Shown here: positions 1-8,647 of the stretch, piece by piece | How positions within the stretch are numbered: position 1 is the first letter of the stretch | Layout of the letters: each line of letters opens with the position of its first letter | Assembly (NCBI GenBank): GCA_023399095.1 | Contig: JAEWQS010000134.1 | Location: forward strand, 24,399 to 88,398 | Reading direction: 5' to 3' | Origin: Bacillota bacterium | GTDB lineage: Bacteria; Bacillota; Clostridia; Christensenellales; SZUA-584 | DNA length: 64,000 bases | The notes under the pieces: model-generated | Databases searched by the model: none | What the model was told of the DNA's origin: nothing | The model's input: the letters and a program-made list of their open reading frames with translations, nothing else | Program-made: the position numbers and the translations under genes

Positions 1-664
1 TGCAGGCGAGTACGATGATCGCGCCTTCCATGCAGACAGCGGCATAGCTTTTCAAAAAGCTTTTGCCGATTTGAGATGTGGGTTCGCCCGCGAAGGTTGA
101 AATCGGTATCGGGGCGATGGCTGTGTAAAGATACAGCCGGAAGAACCGACCGTACACGCTCATGATCATGATGAACGACAGCACCGTGATGAATATGCCG
201 CCGATGAGCGTTAATGCCCAAAGCGGTATCGAGTCCCAAAACCCCACCTCGTTGATCTTCTGCACGATGATGTCCGGCAGCACGATATTGTTCTGCGCGC
301 CTGAACCGACGGCATTCATTGCTGTAGACATAATTCCCTGCACGATTCGGAAGAACGCCATCATGATATCAAGCCCGTACGTGACGACGGCTTTGGCCAG
401 CACGAACCGGATGAATATCTTTAGTGCTACCTCCGGCCGCTTGATTTCTGCAAAGCTGCCGCATGTCCGAATAACACCGGCCACAAAGAACAGCACTAAA
501 AGTGCCAGTCCGATGGCCTTGAGCGCGTCGTTGATAGTCATGATGACGTTCCAGATATCGCCGCCCTTGAAGTTCTCGGGGGATTGTGTGATGATCTGCC
601 ATATTTCAGACAGCTTTTGATTCCATGTATCAAGTGCATTATTCAGGTTGTCGATAATGCCCAT
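1..664 (-). CDS. VirB6/TrbL-like polytopic conjugal-transfer membrane protein (N-terminal part; the gene runs off the left edge)
   Basis: It is absent from the ORF track because the window edge cuts it. My manual reverse-strand translation from ATG 664-662 (RBS GGAGG at 671-675) is stop-free to position 1: MGIIDNLNNALDTWNQKLSEIWQII...LLVLFFVAGVIR...IPLWALTLIGGIFITVLSFIMIMSVYGRFFRLYLYTAIAPIPISTF. It has several hydrophobic helices. Its position next to Maff2 and the coupling protein is typical of Firmicutes ICEs. Confidence 0.6.
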   Translation of the reverse strand, partial: MGIIDNLNNALDTWNQKLSEIWQIITQSPENFKGGDIWNVIMTINDALKAIGLALLVLFFVAGVIRTCGSFAEIKRPEVALKIFIRFVLAKAVVTYGLDIMMAFFRIVQGIMSTAMNAVGSGAQNNIVLPDIIVQKINEVGFWDSIPLWALTLIGGIFITVLSFIMIMSVYGRFFRLYLYTAIAPIPISTFAGEPTSQIGKSFLKSYAAVCMEGAIIVLAC

Positions 665-724
665 ATCCTGCCTCCTGTCTTTGAGGCAGACCTGCTCTTT
701 AACAGCTCTGCCTACGCAATTTCA

Positions 725-955
725 TTACCGGCAGGGTTCATCTCTGCCGGGCGTTTTGTCCTTAATCACGCCATACTTGTCATCCACATAAAAGCGACCG
801 ACGAAGGGATTAAAAATAGCGGAGCAGCGCACACCGCCAAACTCCGCCACATACTTGTTATCGCCGGTCTTTTCCACAATCGTCGCTTCCCGCAGCTCGC
901 CGTCCAGCGAGTGGATGTGCATGGGCTCTGTTATCGGAAGGTTGAACATATGCAT
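725..955 (-). CDS. small ICE protein of unknown function (76 aa)
   Basis: It is in the ORF track. Its start overlaps the stop of the Maff2 gene at 955-957, which suggests translational coupling. I can name no motif. Confidence 0.45.
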   Translation of the reverse strand: MHMFNLPITEPMHIHSLDGELREATIVEKTGDNKYVAEFGGVRCSAIFNPFVGRFYVDDKYGVIKDKTPGRDEPCR

Positions 956-1263
956 CAGCCTCCCGTGATGAGATTCAGAATCTCTTTGGCGAAGGTGATG
1001 ATCACGCCGCCTGCCAGCGTCAGAAAGCCGTTAGCGCGCTGCGACGGATCGTGGCTCTTGAGCGATAAACCCACCTGTACGATACCGAACGCCAGCAGGA
1101 TAAGACCGATAGCACGGATCAGACCGAATATGAAATCAGACAGGTTAGTAACCACCTGTATCGGGTCGTCATCGGCTGCAAAGGCCGTCACCGAGATAGA
1201 GAGCACCAGCACAAGGGCACAGAAGGCGCTGAAAAGCAGCCTCATTCTTTTGGACATCTTCAT
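955..1263 (-). CDS. Maff2-family small membrane protein (possible pilin/VirB2-like T4SS component)
   Basis: The protein is 102 aa. It has a signal-like N-terminus MKMSKRMRLLFSAFCALVLVLSISVTAFA followed by two hydrophobic helices (FIFGLIRAIGLILLAFGIVQVGL, LTLAGGVIITFA). The pattern matches Maff2 family members as I recall them. It is coupled to the upstream coupling-protein gene. Confidence 0.65.
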   Translation of the reverse strand: MKMSKRMRLLFSAFCALVLVLSISVTAFAADDDPIQVVTNLSDFIFGLIRAIGLILLAFGIVQVGLSLKSHDPSQRANGFLTLAGGVIITFAKEILNLITGG

Positions 1264-3047
1264 TAGTTTTGTTCCTCCGTTTCTTTGTTAAGTATTTTAT
1301 TGATTTCCTCATCGGACACCACTTCAAAGTCGGCGTAATCGCCGTCCAGAAGGATATCGTCCATATCGAGGGCAAGGGGAATTTGGCCATGCATATATGG
1401 TGACATACCGCCGTCCGCAGTCAGTTTGATGTTGGGGTGGCGCAGGATGTCGTATTTGCCGTCCTGCACGGCGCGTTCACCGCGTATGAATAGCAGCGCA
1501 TAACGGTTGTCAAGCATGCGCACCTCATCCGGCATGTACAGCTCACGCCCGGCAATCTGCCAGTTTGTTGAGTAACTGCCGCTGCGGCCTTTGCTCTGGC
1601 CGTAGGTGTTGGTATCAATGGTCGCCTTGCCAAGCAGCTTGCTGATGTACTCGTGCGTGGACTGTTCGTTGCCGCCGAGGTAAACAAATTCATCGCAGTT
1701 GCCCACGATGGATTCCCATTGCTTCTCAAACAGCGCCTTGAGCTGCGCGAGGTTCTGCAGTATGATGCTGACGCTAATTTCCCGCGAACGCATGGTGGAC
1801 AGTATCTTGTCAAACTCATCGGGCAGAGCCACGTTCGCAAACTCATCCATCACACAATGGACATGGACAGGCAGCCGCCCGCCATACCCATGGTCGGCGA
1901 GATAGTACAGCTCCTGAAAGAGCTGCGTATAAAGCATGCCTATGATGAAGTTGAGTGACGAATCGTTGTCGGGGATCAGCGCAAACAGCGCTACTTTCTT
2001 TTCGCCCAGTGTGGGGAAGTCCAGCTCGTCATGGCTAACGACGCTCGCGATCTGTGGCAGATTAAATTTCTCCAGCCGCACGCCAAGGCTGATGAGGATG
2101 CTTTTGGCGGTCTTACCTGCAGCCAGCTTAAAAATGTGATACTGCTTAACTGCCAGATGCTCCGGGTCGCGCATCTCAAGGCGCTCGAACAGCTCGTCCA
2201 GCACGCTGGCGTATTCCTCGTCCTCCTCGCGAACATCCGCTGCGCCGATCATCTCCATCACTATCGGGAAGTTCTGCTCATGCGGCGGCGCTTCGTGGAC
2301 GAGGTAGAGGATGAGCGCTTCCATGAGTGCCGTCTCCGCGCGCTCCCAGAAAGGATCGTTGCTCTGTGCGCCCTTTGGCGTGGTATTGCGCACGATGTTG
2401 TTGACGAGCTTCAGCACGTCCTTGTCATCCCGAAGGTAGGTAAACGGGTTGTAGCCGTGCGAACGCTCCGTATGGATGAGGTCGAGTATGCGCAGCTCGT
2501 AGTCCTGCTGCTTGAGCAGATAACCCGTATCCCGCAGGATTTCTCCTTTGGGATCGAGCACCACGAATGACGTGTTGCACTGCATGACATTGGGCTTGGC
2601 GTAGAAGCGCGTCTTGCCGCTGCCACTACCGCCCACCACCATGACGTTGAGATTGCGCCGATGCTTGCGCCCATCCAGCCCGATACGAACGTTCTGCGAG
2701 AGTAGTATGTTATCGGGCTTGCTTTTGTCCGCATATTTACGGCAAAGCTGCTTTGAATCTCCCCACTTGGCGCTGCCGTGTTCCTCGCCCTTGCGGTAAT
2801 TGCGTTTCATGGCGTAATAGATGCCGATGCCCAAGCCGTAGATCAGCAAGAAGATCAGAACGGCTTTAGGCGAATCGGCGCACCACAATATAGCCGTTGG
2901 GTCTTTCAGGCCGTTTGTGAATGCGGCTATGATGCCCGAAAGTCCTTGAGATAAAAAAGGAGCGACGATTAACGCCGCCCACACCACGGGGAGAAGCCCA
3001 AGTCCCCAAAGGACCAGGCTTGTTTTATTCGCATTTGGTTTATTCAT
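1263..3047 (-). CDS. Type IV secretion coupling protein (VirD4/TraG/TcpA-like)
   Basis: The protein is 594 aa with two N-terminal TM helices. It has Walker A VVGGSGSGKT (encoded at 2611-2640) and a Walker B-like VHCVMDEF. The overall TraG/VirD4 layout is present. Confidence 0.9.
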   Translation of the reverse strand: MNKPNANKTSLVLWGLGLLPVVWAALIVAPFLSQGLSGIIAAFTNGLKDPTAILWCADSPKAVLIFLLIYGLGIGIYYAMKRNYRKGEEHGSAKWGDSKQLCRKYADKSKPDNILLSQNVRIGLDGRKHRRNLNVMVVGGSGSGKTRFYAKPNVMQCNTSFVVLDPKGEILRDTGYLLKQQDYELRILDLIHTERSHGYNPFTYLRDDKDVLKLVNNIVRNTTPKGAQSNDPFWERAETALMEALILYLVHEAPPHEQNFPIVMEMIGAADVREEDEEYASVLDELFERLEMRDPEHLAVKQYHIFKLAAGKTAKSILISLGVRLEKFNLPQIASVVSHDELDFPTLGEKKVALFALIPDNDSSLNFIIGMLYTQLFQELYYLADHGYGGRLPVHVHCVMDEFANVALPDEFDKILSTMRSREISVSIILQNLAQLKALFEKQWESIVGNCDEFVYLGGNEQSTHEYISKLLGKATIDTNTYGQSKGRSGSYSTNWQIAGRELYMPDEVRMLDNRYALLFIRGERAVQDGKYDILRHPNIKLTADGGMSPYMHGQIPLALDMDDILLDGDYADFEVVSDEEINKILNKETEEQN

Positions 3048-3238
3048 CGCTCTAATTCCTTATTTCGTTTTCTCTCCTTCCGGGTGGGCGCGTCCATCAC
3101 ATCTAGCAGCGTTTCGTCCACAAAGTCGGTATCGCGCCCCTGTGCTACCAGCTCGTTGCGCGTTTCATTCAGTGAGCCGATGATGAGGCGCTGTTGGTAC
3201 TCGTCCACCTCGATGACGCGTTTGTCCTCCATCTGCAT
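3044..3238 (-). CDS. small hypothetical protein (64 aa), translationally coupled
   Basis: I trimmed track ORF 3044..3427 to the internal ATG at 3238-3236. This forms a TGATG stop/start overlap with gene 3238..4113. The longer form would overlap that gene by about 190 nt. Confidence 0.4.
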   Translation of the reverse strand: MQMEDKRVIEVDEYQQRLIIGSLNETRNELVAQGRDTDFVDETLLDVMDAPTRKERKRNKELER

Positions 3239-4113
3239 CACCTCTCCGGCTGGTTTTTCTGCTGCTGCCGCTCGGCATACAGGTTCCTGTCCACGCGCTC
3301 CATGATATCGCAGGCGGCTTCGCGAATACGGCCCAGCACCGCCCGCTTGCTGGCGGTATCCAGTCTCGCTACGCTGTCGGGTATCTGTTCGTTCGATGCA
3401 ACATTTGAGATACCATATCGACGGCAAACGATATCCGCCGCGCAGCTTGATATAAAGGCATCACGGGACGGCTCGTCGGTCGTGTTTTCGGCATGGGCCA
3501 GCTCGCAGGCGATATGTGCAAACAGTGACTCGCCATCCATGTTGCGAGCAACATACATCGTGTTGTCCTTATCTGAATACAACGCCCCAATCTCCTGTGA
3601 AACCGAATCGGTCACATTGATGGGAACGGGCGTATCCGTCACCAGCGCCTTAAGCTTTGAGCGAATGGAGGCTTGCTCGCGTTCGCGCAACGGCTTGCCT
3701 TGCGTCTGCGAGACGTCGAACACGCGCTTTGCATCGAAGCTGGTTCCCGTTGTTCCGTCCTCGCGCTGATATTCGCCGTTGGCCTCCAGCACCATCAGGG
3801 CTTTTTCATTGCGTTTGACGGAGCGCCCGCGCTGGTGCCAATCGTCGAAGCTCATGACATATGTGGCGTCCGGCTTCTGAGCCAGCACCAGCAGCGTATT
3901 GGCAACGCTTGTCCTGCCGAGCCGCGACTGCATACCTAGATAATCAGAAAGTGTCTTGGCGCTGGAAAAGGCTAAATCCGTCATGCCGTCGATGGCCTCG
4001 TAAAGCTTGGCACGTTCCGCCTGCTTGCGCTGTGCCCAGGCTTCCTTGTCAAATGGCCGGTCATTGTGAAATCCTGAGCTTTGGTTCTCAAATAAACTGT
4101 CGAAGTTCTCCAT
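3238..4113 (-). CDS. ArdC-N-like (ssDNA-binding / antirestriction-type) domain protein
   Basis: The protein is 291 aa. The segment LGRTSVANTLLVLAQKPDATYVMSFDDWHQRGRSVKRNEKALMVLE resembles the ArdC N-terminal domain and the head of the giant protein starting at 21021. The C-terminal part has only a degenerate protease-like CELAH, not HExxH. Confidence 0.5.
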   Translation of the reverse strand: MENFDSLFENQSSGFHNDRPFDKEAWAQRKQAERAKLYEAIDGMTDLAFSSAKTLSDYLGMQSRLGRTSVANTLLVLAQKPDATYVMSFDDWHQRGRSVKRNEKALMVLEANGEYQREDGTTGTSFDAKRVFDVSQTQGKPLREREQASIRSKLKALVTDTPVPINVTDSVSQEIGALYSDKDNTMYVARNMDGESLFAHIACELAHAENTTDEPSRDAFISSCAADIVCRRYGISNVASNEQIPDSVARLDTASKRAVLGRIREAACDIMERVDRNLYAERQQQKNQPER

Positions 4114-4118
4114 GTAAT

Positions 4119-4907
4119 TTACCGTCCTTTCGATGAATTCTTATTTTTTCTTCTTCGTGCAGGCTGCTGATGGGTGGTTTGCCGCGTCTTGTCCTTTGCA
4201 GGAGCACTCGTTTGCTGTCGCGCATTCCTGATCTCTTTGATTTGTTGGCGCACGGACGGGCGCTCAGGTTTAGCGGTATCTTCTTTGGTTTTTGAGAAAG
4301 GCGCGAACGGAGTCGATTTTTCCGTCCCCGCCTTCGTAGGGTTTGACATATTCGTGGGCTGCTTGTGCTCAGTTTTCTTTGGGCCGTTCAACAGCTCATC
4401 CAGCAGGTTATCGTCCATGGTATGTCCGGTCTTTTCGGACGGTGGGATTGAGCGCTCCTTTTCGGTATCCGGCTGCTTTGCCTTGGTTTCTCGTGCCTTC
4501 TTGATATCCTCGCGGATTTTCTCCACATCCACAGTGGAGAGTGCGAACCGCTCCGCGATTCGGTTGACTTTGGCCGCGTCGTTGGCGTTCACCACGATGT
4601 CGCACAGTCCGTCCTGCTGCTTGCGGTTCAGTACGGCGGCGTACAACACACCATACTTGCGCGCTTCCTCCGCAAAACGTCTGAGTTCGCTTGTCTTGAT
4701 GACGAACACCTTGGTCGGCTTTCCGTTGAACGCCTGCATCCTCGTCTTGCCCTTGGTGCGCTTCTGATCCTTAAGCGCCGCGATGAGGAATGTGGCGAGT
4801 GACAGTGCAGCTTTGCCTGCAAGATTGGTTGCCACCTCAATTCCTTTCACGGTCAGATTAGTCGCCATACTGACGACCTGTTCTGCCGCATCTCCTGTTT
4901 GGGTCAT
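4119..4907 (-). CDS. PcfB-family (DUF3801) conjugation protein
   Basis: The protein is 262 aa. The N-terminal region VVSMATNLTVKGIEVATNLAGKAALSLATFLIAALK...VFVIKTSELRRFAEEARKYGVLYAAV matches the PcfB/DUF3801 pattern from memory. It has a basic low-complexity tail. Confidence 0.7.
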   Translation of the reverse strand: MTQTGDAAEQVVSMATNLTVKGIEVATNLAGKAALSLATFLIAALKDQKRTKGKTRMQAFNGKPTKVFVIKTSELRRFAEEARKYGVLYAAVLNRKQQDGLCDIVVNANDAAKVNRIAERFALSTVDVEKIREDIKKARETKAKQPDTEKERSIPPSEKTGHTMDDNLLDELLNGPKKTEHKQPTNMSNPTKAGTEKSTPFAPFSKTKEDTAKPERPSVRQQIKEIRNARQQTSAPAKDKTRQTTHQQPARRRKNKNSSKGR

Positions 4908-4933
4908 ATACTTCAGCTCCTTTCTTGTAATTT

Positions 4934-4969
4934 TGGGTATAAAAAAGACGCCTCCCGTAGGATACGTCT
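4934..4969 (-). terminator. hairpin + T-run terminator fused to conserved RBS module (copy M1, upstream of pcfB)
   Basis: The minus strand reads cAGACGtatcctacgggaggCGTCTTTTTTATACCCAaaattacaaGAAAGGAG followed by ATG at 4907. The stem is AGACG/CGTCT (4946-4950 / 4965-4969). The 17-nt CGTCTTTTTTATACCCA is identical to the copy at 21046-21062. Confidence 0.55.
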
Positions 4970-5051
4970 GATAAATATGATTTACCTGAAGACTATATAG
5001 ATGTTTTGTCGATTTACCATTATTGGACTAACTTATTAATCCAAACTATCA

Positions 5052-5765
5052 TTACCTATTTGAAGTGAATTTTAATATATGGGATAGCAACTCTTCTTTA
5101 TGTGTCTCAGTTATTTCATGCCCCCCGTTAATTTGATAAATATTAGCGCCGTATTTTTTTGATAGTTCGGTAAAAATAGTATCTGTATCTACCATGCTAT
5201 CATGCTTACCTAATAGAATAAGCACTTCATTTGCATTAAACATTTTTAATTCATCAATTAAATTATATCTTACTATTTTCTGATAAGACTGTCTTAAAAA
5301 TTTAGTTCCATATTTCATTTCTGGAGTCTTCTTAATATAGATAACATAAAAATCCCTTATCTTGTTTCTTAATGGTTCAATCATTTTCGGGGTATTAATA
5401 AATTTCTTGCTGTTTGTGCTTTTTCTTAATATTGCTGGGACAATTAAGATTATTGGCATTGAAGAATTAATAAATGATTTATATCTTACAGCCACTTCGC
5501 CACCAAAGGAATTTCCTAATACAAAGTCAATCTTTAGGTTATTCGATTTAATATAATGATCAATATATCGAGCATAATCATTTAAGTCGTACGCTTCATT
5601 AGGTTCATCTTCTCCGCAAAATCCAGGAAAAAAAGGAGTATATACATTGTAATATTTTTCCAATATATTAATAAATTCTTGTTTGTTGTGCCATGGAGTA
5701 GAATGGTTAGTAATTTTAGAATAACTACTATAACCCCATCCATGTAACAATAAAATATTATTCAT
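5052..5765 (-). CDS. alpha/beta-fold hydrolase (cargo)
   Basis: The protein is 237 aa. It has LLLHGWGYSS near the N-terminus, a nucleophile elbow GNSFGG, and a C-terminal NGGHEI histidine. The region is visibly AT-rich. Its start forms an ATGA overlap with the upstream ligase gene (5762-5765). Confidence 0.7.
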   Translation of the reverse strand: MNNILLLHGWGYSSYSKITNHSTPWHNKQEFINILEKYYNVYTPFFPGFCGEDEPNEAYDLNDYARYIDHYIKSNNLKIDFVLGNSFGGEVAVRYKSFINSSMPIILIVPAILRKSTNSKKFINTPKMIEPLRNKIRDFYVIYIKKTPEMKYGTKFLRQSYQKIVRYNLIDELKMFNANEVLILLGKHDSMVDTDTIFTELSKKYGANIYQINGGHEITETHKEELLSHILKFTSNR

Positions 5766-7102
5766 ATTTTGATTCCTTTCACTTTGTAAGTATAGTCATA
5801 ATTAATCAAATTATTATAATCCAACTCGCTAAATGTATGAAAATAGCCACTATAAACATACACTATTTCGTTGTTAATTCTCTCAATAAAAGAATGGTCT
5901 TTTACTAATTCTACATTTTTAAGTTGTTTTAAGGCGTTAATATAATCATCTCCAATATCATCGAAAACGTATACTTTCCCAAATTTTTTGATATTATTTA
6001 TTAACAACTTTACGTCTGTAAATGTGGATTTTGCTCCTATTTTTCTAAGTATTAAAGTTTTATTTTTAGCTTTATCATCAGCTATAGTTGCAAGCCTTGA
6101 ATTATGAACTGTTTCTCCTAAGAATGTTATAGGTTTGCTATTTATTTCAGATCTTATAAATCTATGTTCAACGGGTACGAACTTGATTATTTGATCTTGT
6201 ATTTCATCTTTGCGCAACCCTAATTCAAAGGCTATATTAATAGCAATTACATATTGTTGTAAACTTAGATTTGTTTCTAAAAACGGTTTAAAAGTTATAC
6301 CACGATAAATATAACCTCCATTTTTTTTGACACAATCTAACGTATTAAAAATTTGAATTTTGTCATAGCAAACTGAATAACTTTCCAATTCAATTGGGAG
6401 AAAATTTATTTTGGATTTTTTAAAAATTTTTAATTTTCCTTCTACTATGTCCTTATAGGTTTTTAATCCAAGTTTACCAATATGCTCATTGGTAATGTTT
6501 AATACTACAGCAATATCGGGGGAAAGTATATTAACCAAATTTTCTACGTGATTTTTAGCATAAATAGCATATTCCATTATTATGTATTCTGTATCATTTT
6601 TAAGATAATTCAACAAGTAACCTTTTAATAATAATGGAGTTATTCTTGATGAATAAATACGTAAAATTTTATATTTTTTTTCTAATAACCTCTCTATTAA
6701 CCCAACACAGGTCGTTTTTCCAACGCTTCCTGTAACCCCAATTACCTTTGCATTATTGTTCGACATTTTGTACTGATGTAATTGATCAATAGCCTTCCTA
6801 ATGCTATCAACAACAATATACTTAGTATTTTTCAATAAATAAGGTTTTTGTTCTTTTTCAATGACAAAAGTAGCATTTGGTACATTATTTATTACTTTGT
6901 CAGCGTATTCCCTTAGATCGAAATGATTACACCATTCGTTTTTTTCTTCTTCCTCTGTACTATAATTTAAAAAATATAGCATGTTCTTATATTTTGTTTC
7001 ATCCTGCTCAAATCTTTGTGTTCTAAAAAAATCAAAACATAAATTTCCTTTGATATTTGCTTCTTTTATATCTATAATACTTGCGAGTTCATTATAATCC
7101 AT
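5762..7102 (-). CDS. Mur ligase family protein, MurF-like (cargo)
   Basis: The protein is 446 aa. It has the P-loop VIGVTGSVGKTT and the central-domain pattern IMEYAIY..HVENLVNILSPDIAVVLNITNEHIG...IVEGKLKIF typical of MurF-type ligases. The C-terminal domain is divergent. The region is AT-rich. Confidence 0.65.
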   Translation of the reverse strand: MDYNELASIIDIKEANIKGNLCFDFFRTQRFEQDETKYKNMLYFLNYSTEEEEKNEWCNHFDLREYADKVINNVPNATFVIEKEQKPYLLKNTKYIVVDSIRKAIDQLHQYKMSNNNAKVIGVTGSVGKTTCVGLIERLLEKKYKILRIYSSRITPLLLKGYLLNYLKNDTEYIIMEYAIYAKNHVENLVNILSPDIAVVLNITNEHIGKLGLKTYKDIVEGKLKIFKKSKINFLPIELESYSVCYDKIQIFNTLDCVKKNGGYIYRGITFKPFLETNLSLQQYVIAINIAFELGLRKDEIQDQIIKFVPVEHRFIRSEINSKPITFLGETVHNSRLATIADDKAKNKTLILRKIGAKSTFTDVKLLINNIKKFGKVYVFDDIGDDYINALKQLKNVELVKDHSFIERINNEIVYVYSGYFHTFSELDYNNLINYDYTYKVKGIKI

Positions 7103-7148
7103 ACATAACCCCCCTTTTAGTGATTATAGACATGATGCAGGCATCTAA

Positions 7149-7174
7149 CGTTATATTTCGACATAAATATTCCA
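7149..7174 (-). promoter_or_regulatory. shared upstream element, copy A (operator/promoter-like) of the MurF-like cassette
   Basis: The minus strand reads TGGAATATTTATGTCGAAATATAACG. The core TGTCGAAATATAA (plus 7151-7163) is identical to 23411-23423. The inverted hexamers ATATTT/AAATAT flank ATGTCG. A TATAAT lies about 21 nt downstream, and the core lies about 49 nt from the start codon. Confidence 0.4.
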
Positions 7175-7195
7175 AAACCCTTGTTTATATTTTCC

Positions 7196-8560
7196 TCAAC
7201 GGAAAGGTTTGGCTTTATCAATCATCACATATTCCTTATTGTTTTGCCTCGGCTGCTTTAATTGTTCCTGTTTCTCTGAAATTGTCATAGATCGTTCCAA
7301 AACAGCTTTGCATAGCTTAACATCCCTCCTAAGTGATTTGAGTTGTGTGGATAGTTCGCTAGTATGCTTACCAATATACGTACTGCGTTTTTCAGGGACG
7401 GACGCGCGGCGCTTCTCATTTAACAGCGCCTTGCGTTCATCTTTTAGGGCATCAATCTGCCTTTCTGTATTTATACGGAAAGCTACAAGCTGCTCCTCGC
7501 TATCAATCCCGTGCAAATGCAAAAACTTTGCCTGTTCAGAAATAGAATCTATAAGACATAAATCCTCACGCAATAAAAAAGGTGCCTGGCCTGCTGGTTG
7601 GCGCTGCGCCTCTCGGAGCTTGTATAGGTAGTAAAAATACAATGCACGTAGCCCTTTCCATGTGACGCGGGAAAGCCTGAAATCTCCACGCACCTTCACG
7701 CGTTTAATAATAGGCGGAGTAGGCTTTGGCGGTCGTTCCGGCATCCTTTGACTAAGAATGCGCTGCTTTATGGCTTCCTCGGTGTATTCGTCGCCAAGTG
7801 AGCGAAGCCGCACAAACCGTTCCTTACCCTGTGGCCGCACCTTTATATATTTGCCGCCCGTAACAACCTCATAACCCTTTTCCTTCAGGCTGCGGATGAA
7901 CGCCTGAAAGCTCATGGATACCATTACGGCCTGATCCACATTCTCGCGGATGGCGCTGCGCCATGTGCGTTGTCCTTCATTCTCAGCTTTCCATTCAGCA
8001 TAGTGTTTGGCTCTGCCGCACTCAGGATTCTCCACAATAGAAAGTCCGTACGCTCTGCATATTCTGTCGGATGTCTGCCGAAGCAACCGATATGACGCAT
8101 TGCAGTCGTTATACTTCTTTCCATCCAAAAACGACACCGAATTGATCACGAAATGGTTGTGGAGATGCCCTTTGTCGAGATGGGTAGCGACGATGATTTC
8201 AAACCGCTCTTCCCAAAGCTCCTGTGCCAATTTCACGCCGATCTCATGCGCGGTATTCGGCGTCGTTTCTCCCTTGGCGAAGGACTGATATGCATGAAAG
8301 GCTAGAATTCCATCCTCTTTGCAAAAGCGCCGCTTGGTCATAACCATCTGATCACGGGCTGTTTCAGGATCGCAGTTCAATCCGGTGACAAACAGCTTTT
8401 TCTCAGTCTTATGATCCTGCATCGTATAATTCATGACATCTCCAAGCCCCTGCAACTCGCTCTTGGAATATAGGGCAGCGTCAGTTTTCTCAGGGTTCTT
8501 TGCGTAGTTGACAACCTTGTCGAGCCTGCCTTTGATATCCCATATCGCCGTCGTAGCCAT
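7196..8560 (-). CDS. Relaxase / mobilisation nuclease (MobA/VirD2-type, PF03432-like)
   Basis: The histidine triad THLDKGHLHNHFVIN is present. The N-terminus is MATTAIWDIKGRLDKVVNYAKNPEKT. I trimmed the track ORF (..8629) to ATG 8560, which has RBS AAGGAG 7 nt upstream. Confidence 0.85.
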   Translation of the reverse strand: MATTAIWDIKGRLDKVVNYAKNPEKTDAALYSKSELQGLGDVMNYTMQDHKTEKKLFVTGLNCDPETARDQMVMTKRRFCKEDGILAFHAYQSFAKGETTPNTAHEIGVKLAQELWEERFEIIVATHLDKGHLHNHFVINSVSFLDGKKYNDCNASYRLLRQTSDRICRAYGLSIVENPECGRAKHYAEWKAENEGQRTWRSAIRENVDQAVMVSMSFQAFIRSLKEKGYEVVTGGKYIKVRPQGKERFVRLRSLGDEYTEEAIKQRILSQRMPERPPKPTPPIIKRVKVRGDFRLSRVTWKGLRALYFYYLYKLREAQRQPAGQAPFLLREDLCLIDSISEQAKFLHLHGIDSEEQLVAFRINTERQIDALKDERKALLNEKRRASVPEKRSTYIGKHTSELSTQLKSLRRDVKLCKAVLERSMTISEKQEQLKQPRQNNKEYVMIDKAKPFR

Positions 8561-8582
8561 ATACGCACTCCTTCTTGAAAAA

Positions 8583-8609
8583 TAAAAAAATCGTGGTTGA
8601 AGACGATTT
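8583..8609 (-). terminator. hairpin + T-run terminator after the nuclease cassette, fused to RBS module (copy M4, upstream of the relaxase)
   Basis: The minus strand reads AAATCGTcttcaaccACGATTTTTTTATTTTTCAAGAAGGAG followed by ATG at 8560. The stem is 8588-8594 / 8603-8609. Confidence 0.55.
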
Positions 8610-8647
8610 CTTTTAGTGTAATGAACCATTCTATTCGGGATAAAGAT

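Noticed and set aside
584-1291. A 235-aa plus-strand ORF spanning the VirB6-like, 76-aa and Maff2 genes.
   Set aside because: It is antisense to three well-supported, translationally coupled minus-strand genes. It has no motif or RBS.
3239-3427. Long N-terminal extensions of track ORFs: 3044..3427, 48074..49216, 45201..46181, 46205..47170, 7196..8629, 28585..29064, 23499..23816 and 34176..34454.
   Set aside because: The extensions overlap neighbouring genes or lack an RBS. Internal ATGs with good SD spacing give N-termini that fit the protein families, so the shorter forms are reported.
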